Assembly: GCA_963924565.1 (NCBI GenBank)
Contig: OZ004615.1
Coordinates: 25,172,001-25,236,000, forward strand
Source of the DNA: Ascidiella aspersa
Lineage: Eukaryota
Direction: 5' to 3'
Length of the DNA: 64,000 nt
Below the pieces are notes generated by a model. That model ran no database searches. It worked only from the letters and a program-made list of their open reading frames with translations, and was not told the origin of the DNA. Positions within the stretch are counted from its first letter, which is position 1. Each line of letters opens with the position of its first letter. This document shows, piece by piece, positions 39,261-51,700 of the stretch. Made by a program: the position numbers and the translations under genes.

Positions 39261-41739
39261 CCATGACCTTGCGACCATGATTAGAATAAAAGTATTTTAT
39301 TTAGAAATAGTGATTTACGTTCGAAAGTGCTAACTAGCTATATAACGTGTAAAACAAACTTTGGTCTTGTACATTACAAACGTTTGAACGTTAGGATTTT
39401 ATTCTAGTCACTTATTTGACCATGACAATGACGTTATTTGGTGTCGGCCATATTCTTGTTTAAAGTATCGCGCATCGGAATGAAATATCAAGTATCTGGC
39501 ATCCCTAGTTGCCCCTTTAAACAATGTTCGATGTGCAGTATTAAGTGTCTTGCCTCCATACTTGGTGTAAATGGAGGTTCCAGTATCAACAGCAGATTGT
39601 CGTTTAAACCCTTTATTCCGTTTCTTTTGGTTTTTCGTTTTAAAGAGTTTTGAAGCTTTCAGCTTGGCAAAGAAAATGACTCTTGCTTTACTATTTGCCA
39701 TTTGAATAAGCAAACTTTCTTGTAAATCAGGAGTTCACCAAACTTTTTGCATAAAGGCGGAATATACAATTCTTTATTGACTTGATTGATTCTTCTTCTC
39801 TCTATGTTGAAAATGAATAAAGAGTTATTCGAAACGTCCAAAATGCTTTCTACTTGTGTATGGGCTTTGATATTCTTATTACGTCTTACTACAACCTCCA
39901 ACCATTATGCTCCAAAGTTTATTGACTTTATTTGACTTAATTATTATAAAACGAAGGAAACATAAAAAATATACTTGAATATATAGTGAAGGTGTTAGTT
40001 TAGAATTTCATCAACATTTAGCTAAGTTTTGCATTTAACAAACAGTTCCCTTATTATATATAAGCTATTGCTGCCAGGCATAATATCAAGTTTGTAGAGC
40101 TCTTCTGGCAAATGTAATTTTTTTTCCCTTATTAAACGGAATTTTTGGGCTGTTTTCTGAAATAAGATGAAGAATTAAAACCAACGGTTCGTAGTTCATT
40201 GGTCCCTGCTCTAAATTATTGGTGCATTGTTAGTCTTGGAAACAAACCGACCTGTCTGACAACTATAATTTCGCTCACCCTGCTGTTCAAATTCGCACAA
40301 ATTTGCCAAACACGTGTGTTCATATTTGTTAATATTTGTATTATGCCGATGCATTGAAAGGGTATTATTTGAAGCTCCACTTTGTATTATAACGAACACT
40401 TCCTATTTGTGTTGAAACAGTCAACAGTTATCTCCGACGCTAAAACCTTTACTTTGTATGTTGTTTTTTCTATGCATTCTACCAAATAAACAAAAGCAGT
40501 CGCGCAAATATTAGTTGTGATCTACGGTAAAGTCCAATGGCAGGCATTTTTCTAAATAACTGGCTCTTAAAATTTTGAGCAAGTGTTGTAATTGGACCAA
40601 GTTTCTAGACGTTATGCCACCAGCTTGACTTGCAATCTGATATCTTGCTGCTGTGTTTTAAAACTACAGACAAGTTGTTTGTGTTTTTTAATATTTGGTA
40701 AGTTTCTCAAGTGTCATGACTCCTAAAACATTATGTTACTGTTTTATAAATTATCTACATTTCACAAGTGGAAGAACCTTTTTTAAAAGCGCTATTTTAC
40801 ATAAAATTATGTTTTTTTAATTATGGCTACCTTAGTTTTATAGAAACGTCATGCTTTTGTCATTTACACTTGACTCTTAAGGCTTTATAAATAAAGGAAA
40901 AGAATATTTCAGTCCGCAATTAAGTTAGAGAGTGCTGCAAATTTATACGACATCAGAGAAGTGGTCGACATTTATTGCAGTAGTTTTTCACCATTTCGTG
41001 ACATTATTTCAATAGCCAACTGACTTGAGCTACAGTTAGTATATCAGCTTACTAGCACAACAAAAGTGTAATCAAACACTGCTATTTGATTGCAGTTATT
41101 TAAGAAGACAAAAAGCATTTTTACCAAATACCAAATTAAGGCTATCGTCATTATTTTGTTTTGCCGCCAAATTTGTCTCAATAAATGCCAAGCGACGTTA
41201 ATACTAAAGGTCAACAAAAGGACAGCCTTTCACATAACTATGGAATAAGTTAAACGATGTTTTCGCAAAATGTAAATTAACTAGTCTTAAAGGTAACAGT
41301 ATTTTGTTCTGCTGTAAACTATAGTTAAGTCAGAATAAAATTGGGCGGTCAACAGAATTAGCGTATTGCTTTTAGCAAGGTATTTTTACTGAAAAGAATA
41401 GTTTGAAAAATATAAAAGCTGTATTTGCGAATGTGTAAATGCATTTGTAATAGTCAACCCTATTTATTCTCATTTGTTAGGTTCACAATATTCCGAGCAT
41501 CTGTTTGAAAGCAATATAACCAGTTAAACCTTGTTTGTAAGTGCGCAGTTTTAATTTAATGTTTTGCTTTCAATTGTTCGAGGTCACCAACCGATATCAA
41601 AATAAAAGGTCAACAAGAGGACACCGAGTCCGCGAAAAAAAAAACGCTTGAAGAAAAATCAACTTGTGTTTTAGTACGACAAGTTTGTCAAAAGATTAGA
41701 GTGCTTATTTTAATTGCTGTAAGTTGGCTAAGGGCTGAA

Positions 41740-43700
41740 ATGGAAGGCATTGAACAACCTGCACCGATTCCCCGTCGCATTTTTGTCGGTGGTTTCGACA
41801 AGCAGACCACTGAAGAAGAACTAGAGAAAGTTTTTCAGGTGATTGCAGCGTTTTTAGCCTGAACAGATTTATGCATGCAGTAAATTTTAGACTGGAAGTG
41901 TAACATACCATACTTAAAACGAGTTTTATATAGAGGTAGCTTGGGCGCTCGTCTAGAATCCTACCACAACGAACATTATTTGGGTTAGGGTGCCGGTTAG
42001 CGTTTGGGTTTGGGTGAGTCCAGTAATAGTGTTAAACAATATTACTTGACCTACCCACACCCAAACACTAACCGACACCCTAACCCACATATTATGCATT
42101 GCTTAATAATCATTTCAACGTTGTGGTAGGATTCTAGACCAGCGCCGTAGCTTGTGCTTGGTATAGAAGTGAAGTATATCCAAAACGATTAATAAATTTT
42201 AAATATAATAGTTGGAGGTTGTAGTTAGACGTAGAATGAATATCAAAGCCCATGCAAAATTAAGTAGCATTTTGTGAACGTTTCGAATAACTCTTTCTAG
42301 TTGGGCGTAGAATAAATGTTAAATTCCAGGTAGCATTAATCGCCAGATGCTATATTTTATCTAAAGAGATAATAAATATTGAAATTTAGCTTTATTTTAG
42401 TTTAAGAATATGAAAATTGCAAATAGGAACTACAACTACCGTCTGTTATTTATTTTATAACATGGTATTTTAGTGCTAACATGAATTTATTGCTCGACAG
42501 TTTATCGCTAACAAAACGAAAAAAGAGAAACAATAAGTTATAGTTTTATCCCCCATATGAGTAGCGTATCTTATGGAACAGAATATTACAAAAGTATTTA
42601 TTTTGTTGCAGTTTTGCGGCCGAGTTGTGGACGCGAATATTGTGAAGGAAACAGCAAATAACGCTTACGCTTTTGTGACCTTTTTCTACGAGGATTCTGC
42701 AGCCATGGTGCTCTCACAAAAGGTTAGTTGCTCCATTGCGTCGCAAAGACACATGATATTTGGTGTTGTATTCCGACACCGATAGTTTGATAAAAAGTAT
42801 TGGTAATGGAACCTTATCAGAATTGAGTTATTACTGTTATCAAATAGGCAAAAAGGATTAAAATTTGATAATAAATTAACACATTACCTGGAAATGATAC
42901 AAGCTCGTATCAAAACGTCTTATCAAGATGATGTCGATCTACTCGACCTTTTTGGCTTTGCAATTTATTATCAAGCTATATTACAGATCCGTGCATAGAG
43001 TACCCAAGAATTAAAATTATAAAGTAAAATTGTAGTTTTTTTAGGTTATTCGGCAAGAATTCGCTTCAGCCTACGTAAACGTTTTGATTTTCTCTTCGAT
43101 TTTTAATAAAACTTAACATCGGGTGCCGGCCCATATCTGCAGCTATTTACCTATGCTCGTTTTGTAATTAAAATTCCCATGACGAAAACCTGCAGATATT
43201 TTCCACAAAAAAGGCTCGGTCATATTAAAGTAGAAAAGCAACTACTAAATTTAAATAAGGAAAACATCGATTGGTTTCACTATGAGAACCGCTAAAGGAC
43301 ATTTTTCATCTTTGAAGTAAAATGTTTACACGCCGTACAATTGAAATTCGCCGAGATTAACAAGACTGTGTTATTTTTTTTTAAAGAATAAGGTTTATTT
43401 TTGTCATGGAATTAAATTATCAAAACGTTCACCTACAGTAAGCTTTATGTCTAAAACTGGCTTATTTCTTTCTATTTTTACCCTATTTTTAGACTCTTCT
43501 TATATAATTCGCCTCTTAATAACAAGCAATGTTTTTGCCACTTACTTTACGTAAAGAGCCAACATTATCACTTTTCTTTCTTGTTACAGTACAGCTTCTT
43601 TATTCGAGGGCAGCGTCTCCGTGTTTCACCTGCATATCTCAGAAACAAACCACGGCCCACTTATTTGTGGAGCTGTGTACATCACCAATGCTTTTACTAG
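41740..43700 (+). CDS. BOLL: Boule/DAZ-family-like single-RRM RNA-binding protein, 106 aa, 3 coding exons
   Basis: Exons 41740-41838, 42612-42722, 43590-43700 (all phase 0). IPRRIFVGG (RNP2; Boule has IPNRIFVGG), TTEEELEKVF, AYAFVTF (RNP1), GQRLRVSPA; AATAAA at 43843 and 43904. Confidence 0.75.
41944..42146. mobile_element. Foldback MITE (GG-terminal TIR, 8-bp TSD; Merlin-like) in RRM gene intron 1
   Basis: 28-bp TIRs ggcgctcgtctagaatcctaccacaacg / cgttgtggtaggattctagaccagcgcc (1 mismatch); perfect TSD GTAGCTTG; internal inverted GGGTTAGGG-like arms. Confidence 0.88.
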
Positions 43701-43934
43701 GTCTTGTGCACTGCCTAAAGCGTGCTCTCTAAATTCGTGTTCGTTATATGTTGAAACGTTTAAACTTACACTTTTATCAATGGTTTTGTTCGGCTTTTAA
43801 AACCTTTACTTGCTGTTTCCTTTATTTTTAAGTCAAAATCTTAATAAACTGGAAATTAAAAAAAAATCTATTTTAGTTTCTTCTGCAAAAGTTTCGCTGG
43901 AGGAATAAACTATTAGTTAAATCGACATATAGAC

Positions 43935-44366
43935 CAGGGCTTTGGAGCCGGAGCCCTGGAGCCGTGCATTTTTACCGGAGTTCTACGTGAAATTTAAACG
44001 GAGCTGGAGCAGTTGTTTAAAAAATAGCTCCGGCTCCGATGTATTTTATAAGATGCTATGCTACTACTAATGGCTAAATTAACATAATTCGACAGCAACC
44101 CTTACCAAAATTACGAATTGTTGCTTCTTTGGCGCCACCTTTTCTAACTAACCATTGCGGCGTTTTTTTATTGAGGTGTTTTGTTTGTGATTATTTAACG
44201 CTAGACATTGCAATTTAAGCGTTCATCCTTAAACCTTAGTTGTCGGCGTAATCGAGATGAAGCCGGAGCAGTGGTATCAATAAGCTCTGGAGCTGGAGCT
44301 AACCTATGATAAAAGAGAACTCCGGAGCCGGAGCCATTTAACATTTACGCCTGCTCCAAAGCCCTG
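43935..44366. mobile_element. hAT-type MITE, 432 bp
   Basis: 14-bp perfect TIRs CAGGGCTTTGGAGC/GCTCCAAAGCCCTG; 8-bp TSD atatagac/atacagac; subterminal GGAGCC/GGAGCT repeats. Confidence 0.9.
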
Positions 44367-45779
44367 ATACAGACACCAATGGGTATATTTTTATCCGAGA
44401 AAGCCGCGAAAATAGCCAATATGCACTTCATGTGGCTATTTTTCGGGCTAAAGTTATTTAAATGAATTTAGGCAATACATAATAGAAAACGTATAACTCG
44501 GAAAAAGAAATGTAACAAAACCATCACTCAAACGCCAACCCAAATCAATGTACAATCTCCAATGGGTGTATGTGTATTCCATCGACTCGGGTAAACAGTC
44601 ACTTTCAAATAAAAAAACGCCGCTTTAAAGATTGAAATTGTGTTTATAAGCGTTAGTTAAATTGCTTATTTTAAACGATGCATTAAATTTGTCCCGACGG
44701 CAATATTTTTTTACACACAACAAGAAAAAGCAGAAAAACGAAAATGCAGTGGAAAAACGTGGCGAACAATAATAATTAATTAAACCTTTTTATACAAATG
44801 TTTACGCTTTATGCTACATCCTGAATTTGTACCGACCAACGACAAGGTCACCAGTTCTACTATTTAAAATTTCTGGTTGTCTTAGTAAGGCATATTGAAA
44901 TCCATTGCTAAAAGTATACTGGAACAAAGTTCTGAGAAAATAATTTTCGCAGGTACGTCGTATCTGTAGCAAAATATTATTTTTTAAACCAGGCCAACCC
45001 GTCATCCCCTTGAACCAAATATTCCAGTTGCATACTGCGCACGATATAGAACGATTACCCCAGGTTCGTTACTTGTTTTATAACTTATATATTACGGCAG
45101 CCATAGGTATCAGCTTGTTATCCGAAAGCTCGTAAACGCTGCATTTCTAAAGTTTGTATCCTGTTATTTAAGGGCAGATTTTGTTATTTCTAAATGACGC
45201 AATTTCTAAATATTTTCCTGCGCTTCGGTGAAAAGATTATTCTATTTTTACCCCTGGTGAAATCTGTTGCAAGGTTAGAATGACGAAGGTCGTGAGCTAG
45301 ATGCGAGAAAATAATATCGTCGTTGCAATATAAATGTTGGGTCGCATACTTCATCAAAAACTTTTACCATTAGTGTGTAAAATGTTACAACTCGCGCCAT
45401 ATAAATTAGGATAAATTCCACTTAATAATAGTTTAGTTACAGAAATGTTTGTCAGGTGCACTTCGAAACTAAATTTTGATAGAATTTTAAATAAACGACA
45501 ATTTGTTTAAGCTCGCTAGTTTTAAGTAAATATTTTTTATATTTTTTTACTTTATTAATAATCAAGCCAATAAAATTCAAGTCAAAAATTAGTCAAAAAT
45601 TTCGTAAAAAATTCAGGCAAAACGTGGTCAACGAAATTTAAGGCCAAATCTAGTAAAAACAAATTAAAATTATCTCTAGCTTGCGATCGCCAATCCCTAC
45701 ATTTACCCTGAATTCTAAAAAAAAAATCGTGCCCCCTGCTTAAAACTTCAGTCATTAAAACCAAAATCAAAAAATTTCA

Positions 45780-48700
45780 TCACAGCTTTGTCAAAACCGG
45801 TTTCTCGTCAGGGAATTCCCCGCAGTCTTCCACAACATAATGGTCGTCGTCCAAAGTGTCCACAGGGGTCATGGTGGAGGGAGGGGGCAAATGCACCCCT
45901 ATGAGGAGCTTGTAGACCATGGCCCCCAAAACACCCCCGATTAGGGGGCCAACGATGGGAACCCAGAACCAATACATGTTGTTTGGCGCCCTGGGCGTAA
46001 AATATAAATAAACTTTTTTTTAATTTTCTTTATACTTTTAAGCATATTCAAAGTCAGTCATTTCATTTTACCAATTCATTATTTTCATGCTATAAATTTG
46101 AACGGTTTCATTTGAAGTCATTGCCGTAATTTAATCACAATGGGCCAGACGATATTTACAAAACATTTATTTTGGTATTTCCTTTAGTAATGTTTTTGTG
46201 AAATTACCACTAACATAAGAGGTGTAAAGTGTAAACTTTTGCAGAAGCAGTACGCATTGTGTTTTAAGATGCATAAATATCGCAGAAAAATAAAATATAA
46301 TGCACTATTTTTTAGCACAGGCAAAGTCAGCCATTTAATAACAAGTTCATGAGAAATACATTTCACAAATATTGGCATTATCAGTCGACTAATTATAATG
46401 GTAAATTACATTACAAATGTAAACCAGACTGGCGAAGGTGGCGAATTTTTATATCTTATTGCCCCTGTCATCACAGCCAAAAACGTCTAGTAATTCATAT
46501 GATCTTGATAAAGACGTTTCGATATTTTAGTTATATTAATCATGATGGTACAAGCTCGTATCGCAACGCCTTAATAATCAAGATGATGTCGATCTACTCG
46601 ACCTTTTTGGCTTTAACTTTCATTATCAAGCTACATTACAGATCCGTGCATAGTGTGCGTAAGTATTCTGTAACTTACGTAATAACCTCGCCTCAGAATT
46701 GTTTTACTCAAACGACATTAAAAGGGCATTAATCAAACATTCTTGTGGTTTTGACAATAATAAAATAATAGTTTGATACATTGTAAAAGGCAGATAATCT
46801 TGATAAAGACGTTTCGATACGAACTTGTATCATCTTCATCTAACGTTTAAAAAATAACAATAACTAATGCTGATGCAAGCTCGTATCGAAAGGTCTTAAC
46901 AAGATGATGTCGATCTACTCGACCTTTTTGGCATTGCAATTCATTACGAAGCTGCATTACAGATCCGTGCATAGTGTGCCTAAGTATACCGTTACTTACG
47001 TGAAAACTTCTCCTCCCCAACCAGCGATGTATGTGAAGAATCGTGGCCCGAAGTCCCTTGCTGGGTTGATCGCGTAGCCACAGTTTAAGCCGTAAGACAA
47101 ACCTGGAACACAATAACACAAACTACAGGACGGTGCCGACTGGGTATTCTGTAAAGTTACAAGTAGGATTCCGATAATATCGGACAGAAACCGATACTTG
47201 ATGCAAAGTGGCAGGATTATTACGATATATATTCGTTTTATTCCGATTGGCAGTTCCGACATTTTAAGCCTAAACTTTACGATCAAATCACAAATTACGT
47301 CATTAATACACTCTAAAGCAAAATATGTGAAATTGACACTTTCACAGGTTGCTCTGTTTTCTTTTTTTCAGGGTTGTTAGGCTAAGGATTTTCTTCAGCG
47401 TTATAATGTTAAGGTATTCTTCCAGTTGGTATAACCTATTATTTTTTGATATATTTAACTTTAAGTGTCAAATCGCTGCGTTGATCGCAAATCTGAAATT
47501 CCTATATTTGGTTTTGGATCTGCACCGATACCACCCTAGTATCGGACGATTACCGATACTACCACATGGTATCGGGTATCCGCTCCAACCGATATTGTCG
47601 AACATATGCCTACTGCTAGCCTGTTTACCACAACGCATTTCAAGAATGTTTCATTACAGACCGGGTATACTGTCAAACGCATGTAGATTTTCTGTGTCTT
47701 TTAGAAAATACCTTGGATAAACTGTAGGTTTGTAATCTGCTACTATAGGTTGTAACATACACTTTGGAAAAACTTCAAGATTATTAACCTATCATTGTAG
47801 AATGCGAACCGTCGGCTCACTCAAGGTGTGGCCAGATTTCAATACACAGCTTATTCACTATACCAGGAAAATCAGGTTCAGGTTTAATCTAATCTCCACT
47901 CACCCAACACAAACACAATGAATCCGATCGCTATTGGTTGAAGTCCCGGTGCAACCTTGCTGTTCCGCTCATCCGTTATTGCGAAGACTAATCCGACCAG
48001 CATGGCTGTCCCGAAAATCTACGGATTTCGATTTGAATATAATTTTGCTATGAGGCATTGTATCAATTGTAAAAGTTTGGAGCATAATGGTTGTAGGTTG
48101 TGGTAAGACGTAATGAGAATATCAAAGCCCATACAGAAGTGGTTGGCATTTAAAATAATCACTTCTAATTGTAAAATTGTTTTTTTTAATAAATATAGGC
48201 CTACCCACATTTCGACAACCTATACAGGAAATCTTCATCAGGGCAATAATATTGCAACTGGGAAATAAAATGTATATAGCAGTCAAAAAACAAAGAAAAA
48301 TCAATGGAACACGGTTTGTAAAACGATGTTTCGCTGTGTTTCCTTTCTGTATAGGTTTCAAAACGTTGGTAAATTTTTTAAATAATATTTGCCGGAAGAA
48401 CAATTTTACAATTGATGGATCTCGATTTTTTTGTTTATTACCATGAATACGGAAGACTGCCTTACATGATATGGTGGTTGGGTCAAATTAAAAAAAACTT
48501 TTTTATTAAAACTATTTAAATTGAAGACTTTCTAAAACACTGTAGAAATATCTTAAACGAGCATTCACCTAAGATTTTAAAACTTACATTTGATAAAGCA
48601 TACGTGTATTTGAACATATTGGCAAAAGTATTTCCTTAAAAGGTTTTTTAAACTGTTTATTTAAACAAATGTCTGTAACACATATCAACAGTTAGAAGAT

Positions 48701-51700
48701 CTACGGATTTCGATTTTTTGTTTATTACCGCAAATATACAAAAGACTGCTTCTTGTAAATGTTTGAGATTACTTTTGCGATCGATTATACTTAAGCTGCT
48801 TGCACGACGATTTAAGCTTTCTAGAATTTGCAAGTGCTTTTAAAATGAAGTTTTGACAAATAAAACCTACAGAATAAGGCAAGCTACGGCCCGCGGAGGA
48901 ATTTAATCCGGTCCGGAGCCGACTTTCTTTAGGTAAAAGTAAAAAGTAAGTATTTACGTTTTTTATGAAGTTAAGAATTTTTATTGAATAGATTACACTT
49001 GCAAGGCGTCCTAACTTATTCTTATGTTGTACATACTAATAGCGGCTTGTCAAAACTAGAATATTTATACGCTTCTTAACAAGGAAATCACACTTTATAT
49101 TTTGTGTATTTCAGATACCCTTTTTCAACCTGTCAGAAAAATTTTTCAAAACATTTTTGATGCCTGTCAAAAATAATTGTCCACCCCTGCTATAACATAT
49201 GCTTTGTAAAACACAAATATCCACTCATTTACAAAGATATTTTTAGTGAAAACATTTAAAGTGTATGTTTTCCAAAAGGCTGCAGATATTAAAGAAACAA
49301 AAAAATATGTGTATTTAAATATATATTTCCTTTATCAAAAAAAAAATACATACTTGAAAAGTTTTAAACGTATGTTATTTAAAGAAATGTCTAAAATACC
49401 TTAATAAAAAAACACTAAAATATATATCTATTGGTTAGATAATTTTTTTAAATTATAAGAAATAGTTGATGGGCAGAAAGCCCAATCCTTTAGTAATTAG
49501 GTCAGATTGTATTTACTGCAAGTGCTTTATTTGTTGTGGGAAACGTTAACGTTGGGCCAGGCGTGTATATTTAATGCGTAAACGGTTTAGAGATTAAAAG
49601 ATTAGAAGGCGTGTCTCCCTTATCAGAGATGAATGTGCAGATTAAAACTGGTTTAACGCGCTGTGGAATGTGAGGAGTAATTATGGCACTTAAATTTACC
49701 GAAGAACGTATAATCGTATGCATTCTCACAGGATGACGCTCTCTATATGTGCACAAACTTTTTACTGGAGAAGAAAAGTTTAATGTGCTAAAATGGTTTT
49801 GGTTATGGCAACAACATAAAAAAAAATCTTTTGGGTTTGGCGCTCATCTTGTTCCTGCACCGAGTGTAAATTAAAAAAAAACTTGGTTTTATCCCGGATA
49901 AACAGTCGTTGCGGTTATTATAAGATGCGTAAAGTTTACACTACACCGTTTAAAAAATAACGGCCCGCAAAGACCTTTCATTTTATTTTTGCCCCTGACT
50001 AGAAAAAGGCTGCCCACCCCTGATTGAAACCCTTATGTACCTTAATAAAGCACCTTCATGTGAGTATGAGACGAAACATCTACTCAGAGTAGAAATATAT
50101 AAGGTTTTTGTGTGGGGAGCATCTGTCCCTAATGTACCCACCTGGTCCCACAGCCCCCCTCCTATAGAAAGGTAGTCCTGGGGGTAGGTGCAGAATATAC
50201 CCCCTGTTCCTGTTGGGCCAAGGATCTGTCGGACGCCGCCGTCGAAAGCGTTGAGGCCGTCTGAACATATATTAAAAATAAGTTAATTACGAGAAGATGA
50301 TACTCTTAATTCAGTTCTACATATTGATAGTTATCAATTTTAGGGCTTTTGTCAAGAAAACGTTTTTATAAATCTGATTTTTTTTAAATTTATGGTAAAC
50401 TCTGTATAAATAGACGATTTAGACGTTTTAACTTCAGAAATGAACTTCTGTCAATACAAACGATTACTACCAATCATATGAACAGTAAGCAACAATGTTA
50501 ATCCATTTTTCATAGCCTTTTGACTTTAATACCATGTGGAAAATTCAAATTTTTAAATAATCGAAAAAAATTAGCCACAAATCATAAGGCTATTCATAAA
50601 TCGAGTGAAATCCCGGAGTATAGCTATACTTCATACCATAGTAAACAGAGTAGACGGCTGCTCCTGACACAAAAGCCCCAAGAACTTGCGAGAAAAAGAA
50701 GAAGGGAAGTTTGTAAGCAGGTAACTTGCCGAACACGCACATCGCTGTTGAAACTGCAGGGTTGATGTGTGCGCCTGCAAAACATAAACCGGTTCAAACC
50801 ACCACAACATAATTACCGGCCTCACCCATCAGCCGTCCCTGGGTATTTGACGTGAAGTAATGAATTAAGTTAAAAAATTAAGTGCACTCATATCACTCTT
50901 TTCTAATGACTAAACTTAAGTCTTTTGGACAAACGACTTGACTTGGACTTACTTTATGAAAGCTATTGTATGTAAAAATCTCACAATTAAAGAAAAGTCA
51001 ATAAAAAATTTGCAAAACATATTTTGTGTTTTTATATTTTAAAACGGCGACTGCGTAGTGCACCTGCAAAGCACAAACCGGTTTAGACGACCACAACATA
51101 TTTAACGGCCCCACCTTAATTCTTTCGTGGTTTCTTAGCTCCTAACCTGTTTGGCCAGTGCTAATTAATTGTAAATTTGACAGTTTTTAATGACTTAAGT
51201 CAAACAATAAACTGGCCACAGTTTTCAAATGACTTTACTTAAGTCTTTTAGGCAAATTAGCTTGACCTGGCTTGAATTTTTCTTTTAAAAAATCTCATAT
51301 ATATAGAAAACTCAAGAAAAATTTTGCAGGACAGAATAATTTTGTGCATTTTATACTTTTAATCAGCGGCAGCGAAACAGTTTGTGAATAACAAACCGGT
51401 TTTCAAAACGACCAACATATTTACCGGCCCCGCCTTAATTCTTCACTGCCCTTAGCTGCTAACCTGTTTGATCAGTGCTATGCAATTGATTTGCAATCAG
51501 TAGCCATAGGTTGTAGAAAGCCGGCCCCGGACCGGATTAAATTCCTCCGCGGGCCATAGCTTGAATTTAATTGTTTTATTCAACATTTTATTATAAAATT
51601 GAGCTATTTCATTTTTCCACCTAAAACAATAAGATGGCCCAATGTCGTATTATTGGTATTTTTTACTTGGGCTTTTGCCAACAGTCGAACAAGTTCAACA

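Noticed and set aside
39111-41480. Searched for ZU5/UPA/death-domain exons of UNC5
   Set aside because: Only repeats and AT-rich sequence found; no such motif recognised by eye
46349-46732. Shared peptide [23 protein letters not shown] in ORFs 46349-46732 and 53728-53985
   Set aside because: Chance translation of repeat family F, not a protein domain
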